A stretch of DNA of 64,000 nt. Origin: Vicugna vicugna. Taxonomy: Eukaryota. The stretch spans positions 558,001-622,000 of the forward strand of contig MU057711.1 of the NCBI GenBank assembly GCA_013265495.1, read 5' to 3'. The notes beneath the pieces were generated by a model, which saw nothing but the letters and a program-made list of their open reading frames with translations, had not been told where the DNA came from and searched no databases. A program made the position numbers and the translations under genes. This document shows, piece by piece, positions 37,601 to 49,640 of the stretch; the first letter of the stretch is position 1, and the number at the start of each line of letters is the position of its first letter.

Positions 37601-38776
37601 TTTGTTCCAAGGGGGACCCTGGGACTAAAGGCTGCATTAAGCTGGGGTTGCCTGAAAGAAAGGACACAGGCTTTCCACAGAAATATTCCAGGGGTGCCTC
37701 TCCATCACAGAGCTTGCACAAAGTGTCATTTCCTCCTGCAGCTGGCTTCCTGTGCCAGCAGAACGGCAGGCATCCTACGGAAAAGATATCCTGATTCTGG
37801 CTGCTGGTTGTGGCAGAGATGCTTGAAAGAGCCTGCTCAGGAAATGTCAGTGAGTCACGCCTGGAGCCCTCACCCTGACCCTGCACCGGGGCAGCGTCCA
37901 CTCCCCCAGTTGCCCTTAAACATACATTTTCCATTTAGAGCAGAGCTTGGTTTCCAGGGTGTTCAGGGAGTGAACAGGTGCCAGAGCGTCTGTAAATCAT
38001 AGCTCAGAGCCCACGTCCCTTGGGCTCTTTCCTGCTGTCCGCAGGGTGGAAGACGCGGCTTCCCTGGTGCTGCAGGTCCTCGGCTCCTCTTCTGTTTTCT
38101 CCTCCTGGGGCCCAGGAAAAGCAACATAGTTGCTCGTTGGTGTTAAATGAACGAGTGGGCTTGGCTCCAAACAAAAGCTTTTCTTTTATTTTATTAATCC
38201 CCTCATTCTTAAGAAGCTGCTTGCAAAACCTAGATGCGAAACAACTGATAGACTGAAGCAGCAAATCCCTCTCTCCTGACTCCCCCATCTGAGCTGCAGA
38301 AGGTGGAACAGAGACCTGCTAGACCTCATGTCAGAACCCCTCCGTTTCCAGTCTTTCCTTCCTAGAGTGGAAGACATGTGAAGGTAGAGGCTCTTTGCTC
38401 TCTAGTCTCTTTTGCACTACAGTGCCCACACCAGAGCCCTCGAATGAGCCTGACACCCAGGGGCCTGGTGGAAAGGAAGTGGGAGGACACCAGTGGTGCT
38501 GTGTGGTGGGGCATCCTTTTCCTTCCTTCCATAGCATCTGAAATAAAATGCAGAACATGCAGGGACCTTAGCGATGTACTCCAAAGGCCTCATTTTAGAT
38601 GAAGATGCCCAAAGAAGTAAAAGAATTTGCCCCTCTCCCCACCCACCGAGTCACACAGCTAGTTAGTGGCAGGGGCCAAACTCAAACCAAAGACTTCCAG
38701 GCAGTTCTGTGCAGACCACAGAACTAGACGTCCCCCTAAATTACAATTTTTTCAGGCTACATTAGAAATATGTGAT

Positions 38777-39382
38777 TTTTAAAATTTAGTTGTATTGTGG
38801 TAAGAACATTGAACATGGTATCTATTCTCTTAGCAAACTTGTAAATGTACAACGCAGTACTGTTAGCGACAGGCACTATGTTGTACAGCAGATCTCTAGA
38901 ACTTACACATCTTGCATAACTGAAACTTGATGCCTGTTGATCAGTAACTCCCCATTTCCCTTCCCCCCACCCCAGCCCCTGGAAAACACCATTCTACTCT
39001 TTGATTCTATGAATTTGACTGTTTTAGATACTTTATGCAAGTTGAGTCATGTAGCATTTGTCCTGCTGAGACTGGCTTATTTCACATAGCATAATGTGCT
39101 CAAGGTTCATCCATGTCTTTGCATGTTGTAGAACTTCCCTCCTTTTTTAAGGCTGAATAATATTCTATGTGTTCTATGTATGTATATATGATGTTTTCTT
39201 CATCCGTTCATCTGCTAATGGATATTTAGGTTGTTTCCACGTCTTGGCTGTTGTGAATAGTGCTGCAATGAACATTAGAGGGTTAGTATCTCTTCAAGAT
39301 CCTATCTTCAATTCCTTTGGGTAAAGACCCAGAATTGGTATTGCTAGATCATCTGGTTTAAAAATAAGAGGAAAAGAAAAAA
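38777..39382 (-). mobile_element. L1MA-like 3' fragment
   Basis: Antisense L1 3' UTR/ORF2 end (ctggcttatttcacatagcataatg, gttgtttccacgtcttggctgttgtgaatagtgctgcaatgaaca); flanking 13-bp near-repeat agaaatatRtgat at 38764 and 39383. Confidence 0.85.
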
Positions 39383-39560
39383 AGAAATATATGATCTTGT
39401 ATAAGCGCCAAATTTTAAGGGGGATTCAGTAAATAGCTTTTGAAGGGGCTGACTTACTACATGTTGCTTCAGAAAGCTCAATGATAGCTAGTGAATTGAA
39501 AAGTTTCGAAGAGCTGTCTGCCTTTGGGGGAAGTGGGTGGCATCTGACAGAGCTGAAGAA

Positions 39561-39716
39561 TAGCTTCTCAAACTTCAGTGTGCTCCTGACTCACCTGGCA
39601 GTCTTATTAAAATGCAGATTCTGATTGGTTGGATGTGGGGTTGAGCTAAGATCCTGCGTTGTCAACAAGCTTCCGTGTGATGCTGCTGTTCATGGACCAC
39701 AGTTTGGGCAGGAAGG
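39561..39716 (+). mobile_element. MER5A-like hAT element
   Basis: cttctcaaacttcagtgtgc...ttaaaatgcagattctgatt...aacaagcttcc...ggaccacagtttg. Confidence 0.72.
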
Positions 39717-42700
39717 ATACAGATGAAACTCCTAGAGAGGTTAGTGGTAATCATCATTTTTGGTAACTTCATCTCTAAGAGTCCCTGAGTGCTGAGCCTG
39801 CCACACACACACACACACAAAAGACCAAGTTGAGAAATTGGTATGGTGCGATTGCCAGATGCACAAATTCATCTTTATATTTATGTGAATCCAGAGATCT
39901 CTGTGCTGGGGACTGTGATGAAAGGAAGGAAGAGGTATTTGTCTTTGTATTTTCACACCAGAAGAAAAGCATTCCTGGTGGCTATGATTCTACTAAAATA
40001 CTCAGCATATGTGTGCTGCACTTCACAACAAATCTGCTTGGTTTGATACATTTAAAGCCTGTCAAATGCTTTAGAAACAGAAAGGACACAACTCATACAG
40101 AACCCATAGAACAGTTAAAGCCCCTTGCTGTTACTCTCAGCAAAATGAGGTCTCTCATACTCCCACAGTGTCTCCACTGAGACTGTTTCTCTGAGTTATC
40201 AACTTTTTATCCAGATTTTCACCCTGATGCTGCTTCCCCACTTGAGCTTGGAGAACCCAAGAAAATTGTCCCCTGAGCTGACCACACTGGCCATTCCAGA
40301 ACCACTGACCATTCCTTCCTCAGCAGAGATCACTGAGTTGACAGCTTCTGCTTGGAGAGGGGTGGGAAGTCAATAGGGAAGGCAGAAAAGGAGGGGAGAA
40401 TCACACTGTTGTGCAGGAGGGATCAGGCGCACTCCGTATCTTTTCCTGAATGCTCATGGCACCATCATTAGAGGGCAATGGAGGGACAGATAAAAGAAGT
40501 TTCCCAATTATGCATGGGCATCACCAATGAGTCGACATCTCCAAGACTGCTCTCCTGTCCCTCCACACACAGCTCCCAAATTTGACTACATCCAGAAATC
40601 TCCCAATGTCTCTAGAGGCCCAGGACGGCTACCAAATCATGCCCAGATCAAGGCTGCCTGGCTGCACAAGAAGCATCCGGTGATGATGGCTCCAAGCTGC
40701 TATTATTTCCCCACCGTGTTGTCTGCTCCCAGGGGAGGCTGCAGATAGCAAATGCAGAAGTCTTGCCCAGATTCTGCCCTCACAAAAATTCCAGATCCTT
40801 TCCTGGAGCCTTAAGTGCCAAGCCAGAGTGTGCGGAGAGCCCAGACCAAAGTGCTGTGGCGAGAACACCTCGTTTTCAAGGCTGCTGCTTTCAGGTCTAT
40901 TTCTAATAGGGGAAGAATGAGTTTGCCTTTTGTTTTTGTTTTTTGTTTCTTTTTTCCCAGATTGAAAAGGGCTAAACTGATAAGCAATGATGGGTGTCCT
41001 TTATGGACAATTGCTCACACTGGCAGAAAAATGTCCTGTGAGAATGACAACAATAATAACAAAGCCACCTTGACCTTTGAGCACATGAAGGAAATCATTC
41101 TTCAGCAGGGAATCACTTTTCCAGCTTTCATGGGTTTTGTTTTTTTTTAGCCACAGGAGATAAAGAAAGCACCGCACCCTACCCTTTAACTCACTGTTTC
41201 CCCTGTCCAGTTTCTAGTTCCTGGTAAATTAAATAGAGGCAATTTACAGGCTTTTCTTATTTCCTTGTTCCTGTGAGCTCTGTTTTCAAAAGCTTCTCCA
41301 AATCTTCCCCTACCTCTCCCTTCAAATTTCTAACTCAGCTTCTCCAAAAAGAGCATATTAAATAAATACTGTTAAATAAGAGTAAGGTATTTTGCACATA
41401 GTAGGTGCTCAATAAATGCTGCGCTGAATTAAACTAAAGCCCTGATAGTTCCTTATCAGGCTCTCAGCCTGATGGAGAATTACAGAATCCAGGGGAAAGG
41501 CACCTTGCCGCCCCAGTCTAGTTTGCTCTCTTCCGTTTTCTTTACTCGCCGTTTGACACTGAGAGTCCAACTCCGCTCTGCACCCTGGGAGGAGCTCTTA
41601 CTCCCCCAGGAGTGTGTTGGAGATCAAGGCCGGAGCCCAACCCATGTCGTGTCAGCCACCGAAGCCTGCACCTCTCAACACAGGTCCACGGATCAGCCGG
41701 AGGGGACCGCTCTGTCAGAAAGGAGTCACATACTTGCAAATTAGGGGCAGGGGGGACGCACTCTACCCAAATCCTCGGATATCGCAAGGACATTCACGAG
41801 CTGAAATAATCACAACTCAGTCTTTTTCCTCTTCGGCCCTCTTCGTAAACAGCGCTCTGTTCTCGTTCTGCTCCCTGACCACAGCAGCCCCTAGTGGCAG
41901 CAAACGGCACTGCCGAAGGACCCCAAACTGTTCCAAATTTGTCTCCAGACCCCACCCCACCTCCTCACCTTCATTGATCTATTTTTTATCTTTTAGGGGC
42001 TAAGGTTAGCCTTTTGGGTTTTCCATACAGACAAAGGCACACGAAGTATTCACTCGCACTGATTCTGTCGGGGCTGGAGGCACCAGGGTCAAGGAGCCTT
42101 GGGAGTCGGGAGTGGGTGCCCAGCTGGAGACTGGTGAGGAGAGGGAGGGCGTCTCAACCAACTCCCGTGTTCTCCCGTATAGCGTGTCCCAGGAAACTGG
42201 GGCCTGGCTCTGACTTGACGTTTGTTCAGAAGAATCAGCTGTCAAAGAGTGAGGGGTGGGCAGTCCAAGCCTCCCGCAGGGGCTCACTATCCTTCACTTG
42301 TCCTCACATCCTGACAAGCAGCTCCCGCCAGGCAAGGTGAGAAAAGCAGAATGGCACCCTAGAGGAGGAGCTCTTCATTAAGCAGCAGAATGTCTTCTCT
42401 CTTCCCGGGGAATGACTTAATAAAACCTCCAACTTCTACCTTGGATGACAGCCTAAACAACTTTTCTTAAAGAAAACCTACATGAAAAAGTTTATTTGAA
42501 ACAGCGTCCCAAGGGAGTCCTTGGATACTTAGCCCAGGAGATGAATCGATGCAAAGACTGCTTCCCCTTAAGAGAGTCTAAATACTCAAGTCCCTCCACA
42601 ATCCCTCCCCCCCCTTCCTGGAATCAGAGATTACCGGGAAGCACCAGGCTCCTCCCAGGCCCATTTTGGAGGGGCCAGGAAGGGAGGAGATGGATTTGTG

Positions 42701-43833
42701 GACGCTGGCTGAGCGCTGAGACTCTGCTGGATGCTTCCTTCACGACCTTAGCTCACCTCAGACTGCGTAGGGAAACGAGCATGTGAAGAATTCCTCCGGG
42801 AGGGAAATGACACTCGGAGAAACAGAACTGTACCCCATGATGCTGCCTTTCGTGGACCCTGCACGTGTTTAAATGGATTCAAATGGAAACTGTTAAATGG
42901 AAACTGAGTTGGTGAGTTTGACATCAATTAATATAATATAAAGCTGGCAGAGGGGGTCTTTGAATTAAGCTCAAGAAAAAAAAAACAGAAGAAGAAGAAA
43001 GAAAAAAAAAACAGCCCTTATACTTCCTGCTTGAAATGAAAATAGTGCATACAGGGCAATTTCCCCAGGGCTTATTTCAAAGTCTCAGAAGATGTTAAAC
43101 CCACGAGCAAAGCCCAGAGCTCTTGATCTTGGAGAGAAATGAGAGTCAGGGGACAGAAGATCCTTTCAGCCATGTGTAATCTTGGACTTGGTGTGGCCTG
43201 CTTCTTGGCTGATGGAAGGATGGATGTCAGAGCAGGCTTGCTGGGCATGCAGGGGCTGACTTCTAAGCCAAGACCAGGAGAGAAGGAGACCTTCCCAAGG
43301 GACCCAGGCATTTTAAGAACCTGAGCCTCCTCCTCATCAAAGGAACCTGTCCTCACCCCACCTGCAGGTGACATGTGGTGGCTGACCATCTGTTTGCCTC
43401 TCCCAAGCCCCATATGTGGCACACACGAACTGTTCCTACCTGGCCACCCAGCCTTCAGCAGGCTGCATCACTGAAAGGGCTTTGGGGAAGCCCATCATGT
43501 TGAGTGCCCGCTTCCCGTCCACATCCATGGGCCTCCTCCCAGCCTTCCTGCAGATGGCCTGCCTCTCTGGGCTGTTCTCCTCATGGAGCCCTCAAGACAG
43601 GCTCCCATGGGGGTCTCCTCGCCTGCCCTGTCCTTCCTCGTGCCCCTCCGGTAATGCTCCCTGTGATTTGATAGTGGACATCCAGTCTTTACACCAACCC
43701 AGGCCCCGCTTCCCCTTCATCCATTCATCCCACCATATCCACTCAGTGCCGACCATCTGTCAGGAACTCTGCCAACAATGGGGGTACAACAGTGACTGCA
43801 AGAGACAAAGTCCCTGGGACTTAGATTCTCGTA

Positions 43834-44050
43834 CAGGGGCTGGCACACTTTTTCTATGAAGGACCAGAGAGTAAATATTTCAGGTTTTGCAGGACAGATA
43901 ATCTCTGGAATCACTCCTCAGCTCTGTTACTATAGTTCAAAAGCAGCTACAAGGCAATGCCTCAACCAACACACGTGGCTATGTTCCAGTAAAATTTATT
44001 TACAAAGTGGGTTGTAGAAGGGAGGGATTTGGTCCGTGGACCCCAGTTTT
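43834..44050 (+). mobile_element. MER58A-like hAT element
   Basis: caggggctggcacactttttctatgaaggaccagagagtaaatattt...tgttccagtaaaatttatttacaaa. Confidence 0.78.
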
Positions 44051-45410
44051 AGTGGAGCAACAGCACCTCCAGGTGTTCTCTGGGCAGACACCCTTCTTGA
44101 CTTTCAGCTCATGTTTGACTGGGTCTGAGCTCACTCCTAGGCCCAAGGGTGGTCATGTGACGCAGGCTCAGACAGAGTCATAGCGAGCTCGGGGATGGGC
44201 CCAAGACCAATGGGCTGATGAGATGCAGCCTTGGTTCTTTCTCTGTAGATGCTGGAAAATACATATTCCCTTACTATTGGGATTTCTAAGCAAACAGAGG
44301 AAAGCCTCAGGGTCATCTTTGCCATAACACAGAGAGATCATGAGAATGAAGCTATCCCGAAGGAGGGCAGGAAGAAGGATCCTCATGACACCAACGGCAT
44401 ATTGAAGCACTTAGATTCAACCATGCAACCATGTGGGAAGCCATATATACCTCCCCTTGTACCTTTGGTTACTGGAGCCGATAAACACTCCTCCCTTTGC
44501 CATTTTTTTCCTTAATCCAATTGAGTTGGGGTTCTGTCACTTGTAACCAGAGTCCTGACTGACTGATACAAAACTCAAACCCATTCTTGAACCCTCTTTC
44601 TCTTTACTCTGCATACTTTCCCTGGCATCTCATCTACCTCCATGAGTTTCTGCTGTCACCTCTATGTAGGTGACATCTTTATTTCAGGCCTTACCTTTAA
44701 CACTGGATGCATATTACCTACGCTTCTACTTGCGATATCCTGTGTCTAAAACTCAGCTTGTTATGGAAACTTATCCCTCCAAACATCTCCTATGTTTCTT
44801 AATACTACTACAAATAATAACACCAAAGGAGCGATTACTCTGTGCAAAGCACTATAGTAGGCAATATACAAGTGTTATTTGTAATCTTCCCGACTAACAT
44901 GCAAGGCAGACACTATAAGCCTCACCATATGGCTGAAGAAACTGAATCTCAAAGCGTCTACGCTCATTTGATTGGTAAGTGACTGAGCCACAGTTTAACT
45001 TCAGGCCAGCTGTCCCCAATCCTTGCTGGCTGCCTTTGACTCTACTATGCCACGCTGGATGCCTTCCTGTTCGGTTAAGAGCATCCCCATCCAATCAATC
45101 ACCTAAGCTAGCAACTCCAATAGCCCATTGGTCACTAGGGCCCACTGACTCTTCTTCCAGAGCATCTCTGCCATCTTCCTCTCTCCACTCAGCCTTTGCC
45201 TTGGTCAAAGTCAGCCTTCTGAATGCCCTCTTTCCCCAGGTCCTTCCCTTCCACTCCGGTCCATACTACATTTCATTACATTTTAAAGCCAAAACTCCAG
45301 AGAATAAAAATTTTTAAAACTGCATCTTGACACTTCTCTGTCCAGAAAACAACAATTCCTCCATTACCTATAGGATTAAAGTCAAATACCTTAGCTTGCA
45401 GTCAAGGCCA

Positions 45411-45730
45411 TTTTCTTTTCATTCTTTTTTTAACAGCTTTATTGAGATATAATTGGTATACAAAAAAAAAAACCCATACTCGTTTAATGCATACACACAA
45501 GAAAGCATCTCCCCAATCAAGGTAACAGACATATCCGTCACCTCCAAAAGTTTCCTTGTGTCCTTTGGTATGTGTGGGGTAAAAATATTTAACATTAGAG
45601 GTACCCTCTGAACAAATTTTAAAAATTTAAGTGCACAACACAGGGCTGTTAACTATAGCCACTACATTCATTTGGTATAAAGTTTCAGTTATACAAGGTG
45701 AATAAACTCTAGAAATGTGCTGTGCAACTT
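45411..45730 (-). mobile_element. L1MA-like 3' end with inverted 5' piece
   Basis: T-rich tail then antisense 3' UTR to ~45666; plus-strand piece ~45671-45730; perfect 11-bp TSD agtcaaggcca at 45400-45410 and 45731-45741. Confidence 0.82.
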
Positions 45731-45743
45731 AGTCAAGGCCACC

Positions 45744-45844
45744 TTTTTTTTTTTATGGTAGTGTGCATCTGTTAATCTCACACTCTCATCTCTCAATTTA
45801 TCCCTACGCCCCCTTCCCCTTTGGTAACCATAAATTTGTTTTCT
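45744..45844 (-). mobile_element. ~100-bp young L1 3' UTR fragment with poly(A)
   Basis: Reverse complement gaaaacaaatttatggttaccaaagggg...cacactaccat-An matches the 3' UTR seen at ~21808-21890 and ~34410-34490; flanked by aaggccaYcttt. Confidence 0.78.
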
Positions 45845-46321
45845 AAGGCCATCTTTAATCCAGCCCATGACCTCCTTTTTTCATCTTCTCTCTCTTACTG
45901 ACCCATCATTTAATACAGTCTTGGTTTAGTGACTTCTTCCAGAAAATAACAAGTTTAATCTGCTTTTCTTGAACTATTGAGACCACTTCAGCATGGCATG
46001 ATCCAACTGCTATCTGACTATCCCTAAGTCCCTTTTCAGTCTCCAATTCTTCCATGAAGCACTCCTGAATACTTGAACTTACTCTCATCTCCACATCTCC
46101 TGAACTGTTTTTTTTCCATCCACTCATCTGGAAAGTTCTTTCTTTCTCTCTCAGTTACATGCTACTTTGAAACATCTTTTGAGTCTTGTCTTATTTTACA
46201 AGTTAACACATAGATCATTTTTAAACTGTATCTTATTTCTCTAACTAGGCAGTAAATATCTAGAAGTCAGAGTTCTTGTTTTCTTTTAACCTCTCCATAG
46301 TTCCTAGCACATTTCTAATTA

Positions 46322-46497
46322 CAGCTCTTCGCAGCGTTGGCTGTACTTTAGAGTCTCCAGTGGAGCTTTGTGAAAAATACGAATGCTGCATCCCATGCCC
46401 AGAGATTTGGATTTAACTAATATGTGAGCCCAAGCCCAGGTTTCATTGTAAAGCGTTCCAGGTGATGCTACTCCACCGCCAGGCTTGAGAAGTGGTG
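46322..46497 (+). mobile_element. MER5A1-like hAT element
   Basis: ttggctgtactttagagtctcc...ggagcttt...cccagagatt...ccaggtgat...gccaggcttgagaa. Confidence 0.6.
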
Positions 46498-47814
46498 GTT
46501 CAGCACATCACAGATACCCAGAAAATGGTCAATGGATATTTGCCCGATTGACTAGAGTCCAGATGGGGACCCAGACTGCATAATTAGTTACTCCTGATGA
46601 TGACAATGATGATGGTGGTGGTGATAAAAAACCTGAAACATGTTCACTCTTGTGTTTCTAGTCTCAGCACCAGACAATGGTTCCCCAGTAAGAAATCAGG
46701 TCAGCCCCAGTTTGATCTCTGCAAATTCTTTTCTTCTGTGCCTTCCCGGCCACTCCATACTGGACTCTTTGCAAGACAACAGGCTTCCTGCTTCAGCGGA
46801 GCAGACTCACCGGGACTAACCTAGTTCATCCTCGTCCCCAAGGCCACAGTTTATAAAAAGCTTAGTTAATTTGTCATTCTGAGGAACTTTTGGACACAAC
46901 TAAGTTCTTTTCTTAATAAGGCCTGGTTCCCAGGGAATGGGCAGGGACACAGCCTTTTAGCCTGTGGACTAAAATGTTCTTGGCAGAAAAGGAGTTTGTG
47001 TCAATGGTTGTCTCCAGTTGATTGGGAGACCTTTGCTAACGAGGCTAGGCTCAGGGCTCCATCCCCACATGGCGTAATGAGCTTTGCTTGTCCTGTGAGT
47101 GGAGCCCACCCTTAACTTCACCCAGCATCTTACAAATGTCCTCAGAGCATTCAAATCGGTGGGAAGCGGGTGTGGAGGATGGCTCATTACTGCTGGGTTG
47201 GAGACAACATCTTTATCCATGAGGCAGCCCCTACAGGTATAGCTAAGCATTCAGGACCTGGGGGCCATTCGTGCCATTTCATAGCTTAACTGATTAAGGA
47301 CTTACCTTGTTTAGAAGTTAGATGAGATCTAAGATGCAAAAATTAGGCATACATTTTCTTCTTCCTTAATCCAGCTTCCATTTAAAGCCAAAGAAACTAA
47401 GACAGCTTGAGCATGTCTGAAACAGGGCACTGACTATTTGGGGCACACGTGGAGAGCTGGTCAGGGGATCAGAGAAGTACAGTGGTCAGAAGCAAGCCCC
47501 GGAATCAGCCTACCGGGGTTCAAACCCCACACTGATCTTTGGTAATTGGCTTCACCTCTCTAGGCTTCAGTTTCCCTATTCATAAAACAGGATAATTATA
47601 GTAAGTAATGGTAACAACCCTGGAATGTTCTGGGTCAGGGCAGAAGGAAATCGTGGGAACTAAAGCACTGAGGGGCCTCCGTGGCTATTGTGTGATAATG
47701 AGGTTGACCCAAATCCCTGCTCCGTGCAGCCTGGCTTCTCGCTCCTCAATCTGGGGAATCAGCTTCTCATCTCAATGGCCCATGGAAGTTTTTTTGATCC
47801 CCAACCCCTAGGAC

Positions 47815-48320
47815 GGACCAGATTTTAACCAGGACCCAGCCAGAAAAGCAGAAATCACTCCAAGTCTTCCAAACAGAAGCCATTTAATATGGGGAACTGG
47901 TAACACAGGTAATGCCAAGAGCCAAGAAGCCAAGCAAAGACAGTTAGGTGAGCCCAAATGAGCAATGGCAAGAAATCACTATCATCTGAAGGCTGGAAGG
48001 ACAATGGGAAAATGTGGGTCTTGGGTACAGAAGCCAGGCTTCCGGGTAGGAGCTAAAACCATAAGGGGCTGCTGGGAAGTACCTGGGACAATGGAAGGAG
48101 GGACGATCAGGTGGAAGCTGAAGCCGTGGAGGGGACAGCCACTGCCAGAGACACCATAGTAAGCAGAGGGAGACTGGAAGAAATACCCTGGCTTTTCTCC
48201 TCCTCCCATTCCATCCAGTGAGCAAGGGGGTCTGGGAAATGTAGTTTCCTATGACACCAGGTGGGATGAGAACACAGGCGATGGATCGAAGAGATACCGG
48301 TTAGTCGACAGGCATAGCCT
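47815..48320 (-). mobile_element. Old ERVL-type LTR remnant (LTR33/LTR16-like)
   Basis: caggacccagccagaaaagcagaaatcactc...atttaatatggggaactggt...ctgggaaatgtagtt. Confidence 0.45.
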
Positions 48321-49096
48321 CCTTTCCCAGTTCTAATGCATTGTCTCCCTTGGGGCCAGCACAGAATTTTGTGTCTTGAGTGAATCAAAATGCGAAAGGG
48401 CATTTGTCATCTGGGAAGTGTCAGAAGGCACTGGGTACATGTTAGAAGTGTCTTGAAACCACACTGCACAGCCGGGGCTGCCCTGCTGGGACGCGGAATA
48501 CTGAAGAGAGCAGAGAGGGAAAGGCTGCTGCGGTTGGGGGCAGTTACGCTTGTTTGTTTTCTCCAATTTATTTTCTGGCAAGTGCCTCAGTTCTTTTTAT
48601 TATTAATCTGGAATTTTTCTTTCATGTTCTCCATACATCTTTGGAAGATTAATTTAAACCAAATCTGTAGGTTCCCAAGGGGCTAATCCATTTTTCTGAC
48701 TCTTTGAACAAAGCAGAACTATTATTTCTTATCTACAGAAAAGCACAGCTGTTTGAGGTAAAAGCCTGAGAAGCTCCCTGCCTCCCTGGCAATCTGGAGG
48801 CTTGAGACTTGTCTGGGGATCTAAGCACAGGCTGAGTTTCTTAGGAGACTGTTAACCTAGCAGAAAAGAAAGGAAGAAAGAGGACTGCTTTTGCTACACT
48901 CAGTGAGGACTTTAGGACCTTGGGCATTGCTCTCCCTTACCCTCCTCCCACGCCAGTTTTGTGAAAAGGGCAGATCTCCCCTCAGCTCGTGGGTAAATGT
49001 GTAATTGGGAGAGGCTTCTGCCGTGAGCAGAAGTCTTCCATTCTTTGTCCAAAGTTCACAAGCTGGGGCTTCTGGCAGAAACTAAATCATGGCAGA

Positions 49097-49116
49097 GGCT
49101 GCCCAGGGGGCGCTAA
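49097..49116 (+). promoter_or_regulatory. Candidate CTCF site
   Basis: CCAGGGGGCGCTA (49103-49115) matches the 3' 13 nt of the CTCF consensus; the 5' part deviates. Confidence 0.45.
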
Positions 49117-49300
49117 GAGACCCGGCTAGTGCTCAGAGATCCCAATTAAGCAGAGAGATTGAAGAGGAACACCCTGGCTTTTCCCCTCTTTCTGCCCTCT
49201 GATCCTGGAGCAAGCATCCAAATGAAGACATTGAAATGACAGTCTCAGAGTCAGAACGTCTGCCTTCTAACAAATGTCCCTTCCCTAAATACCCATCCAC

Positions 49301-49301
<1 letters not shown>

Positions 49302-49331
<30 letters not shown>
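49302..49331. repeat. (CA)n microsatellite
   Basis: About 14-15 uninterrupted CA units. Confidence 0.92.
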
Positions 49332-49333
<2 letters not shown>

Positions 49334-49513
49334 AGAACCCAGTACCGGGGAGCTCACTGTTCTTCCGTCCCCTTAGCCGCTGGCCCAAGGGCTACACTTC
49401 TTCCTGCCACTGGCTCCCAACGGGGGAAAGGCTCAGTCTGCCCCCAGCTGACACCTCAACCCTCCTCCTATCTCTCAGATATCTTCTCTCCTGGCTAAAA
49501 AGCCCATTATTCT

Positions 49514-49640
49514 TTTTGTTTTGTTTTGGGGGAGGTAATTAGGTTCATCTATTTATTTTGATGGAGGTACTGGGGATTGAACCTGGGACCTTGTGCATGC
49601 TAGGCACGCACTGTACCACTCAGCTATATCCACCCCAACA
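49514..49640 (-). mobile_element. tRNA-derived SINE (vic-1-like)
   Basis: Reverse complement gives ggggtggatatagctgagtgg...ggttcaatccccagtacctcc...aacctaattacctccccc-A tail; imperfect TSD aaaagcccattattct (49498-49513) / gaaaacccaatattct (49641-49656). Confidence 0.85.

Noticed and set aside
37413..38002. Overlapping 173-aa and 155-aa ORFs on opposite strands
   Set aside because: No recognisable homology or exon structure; expected by chance in GC-richer DNA.
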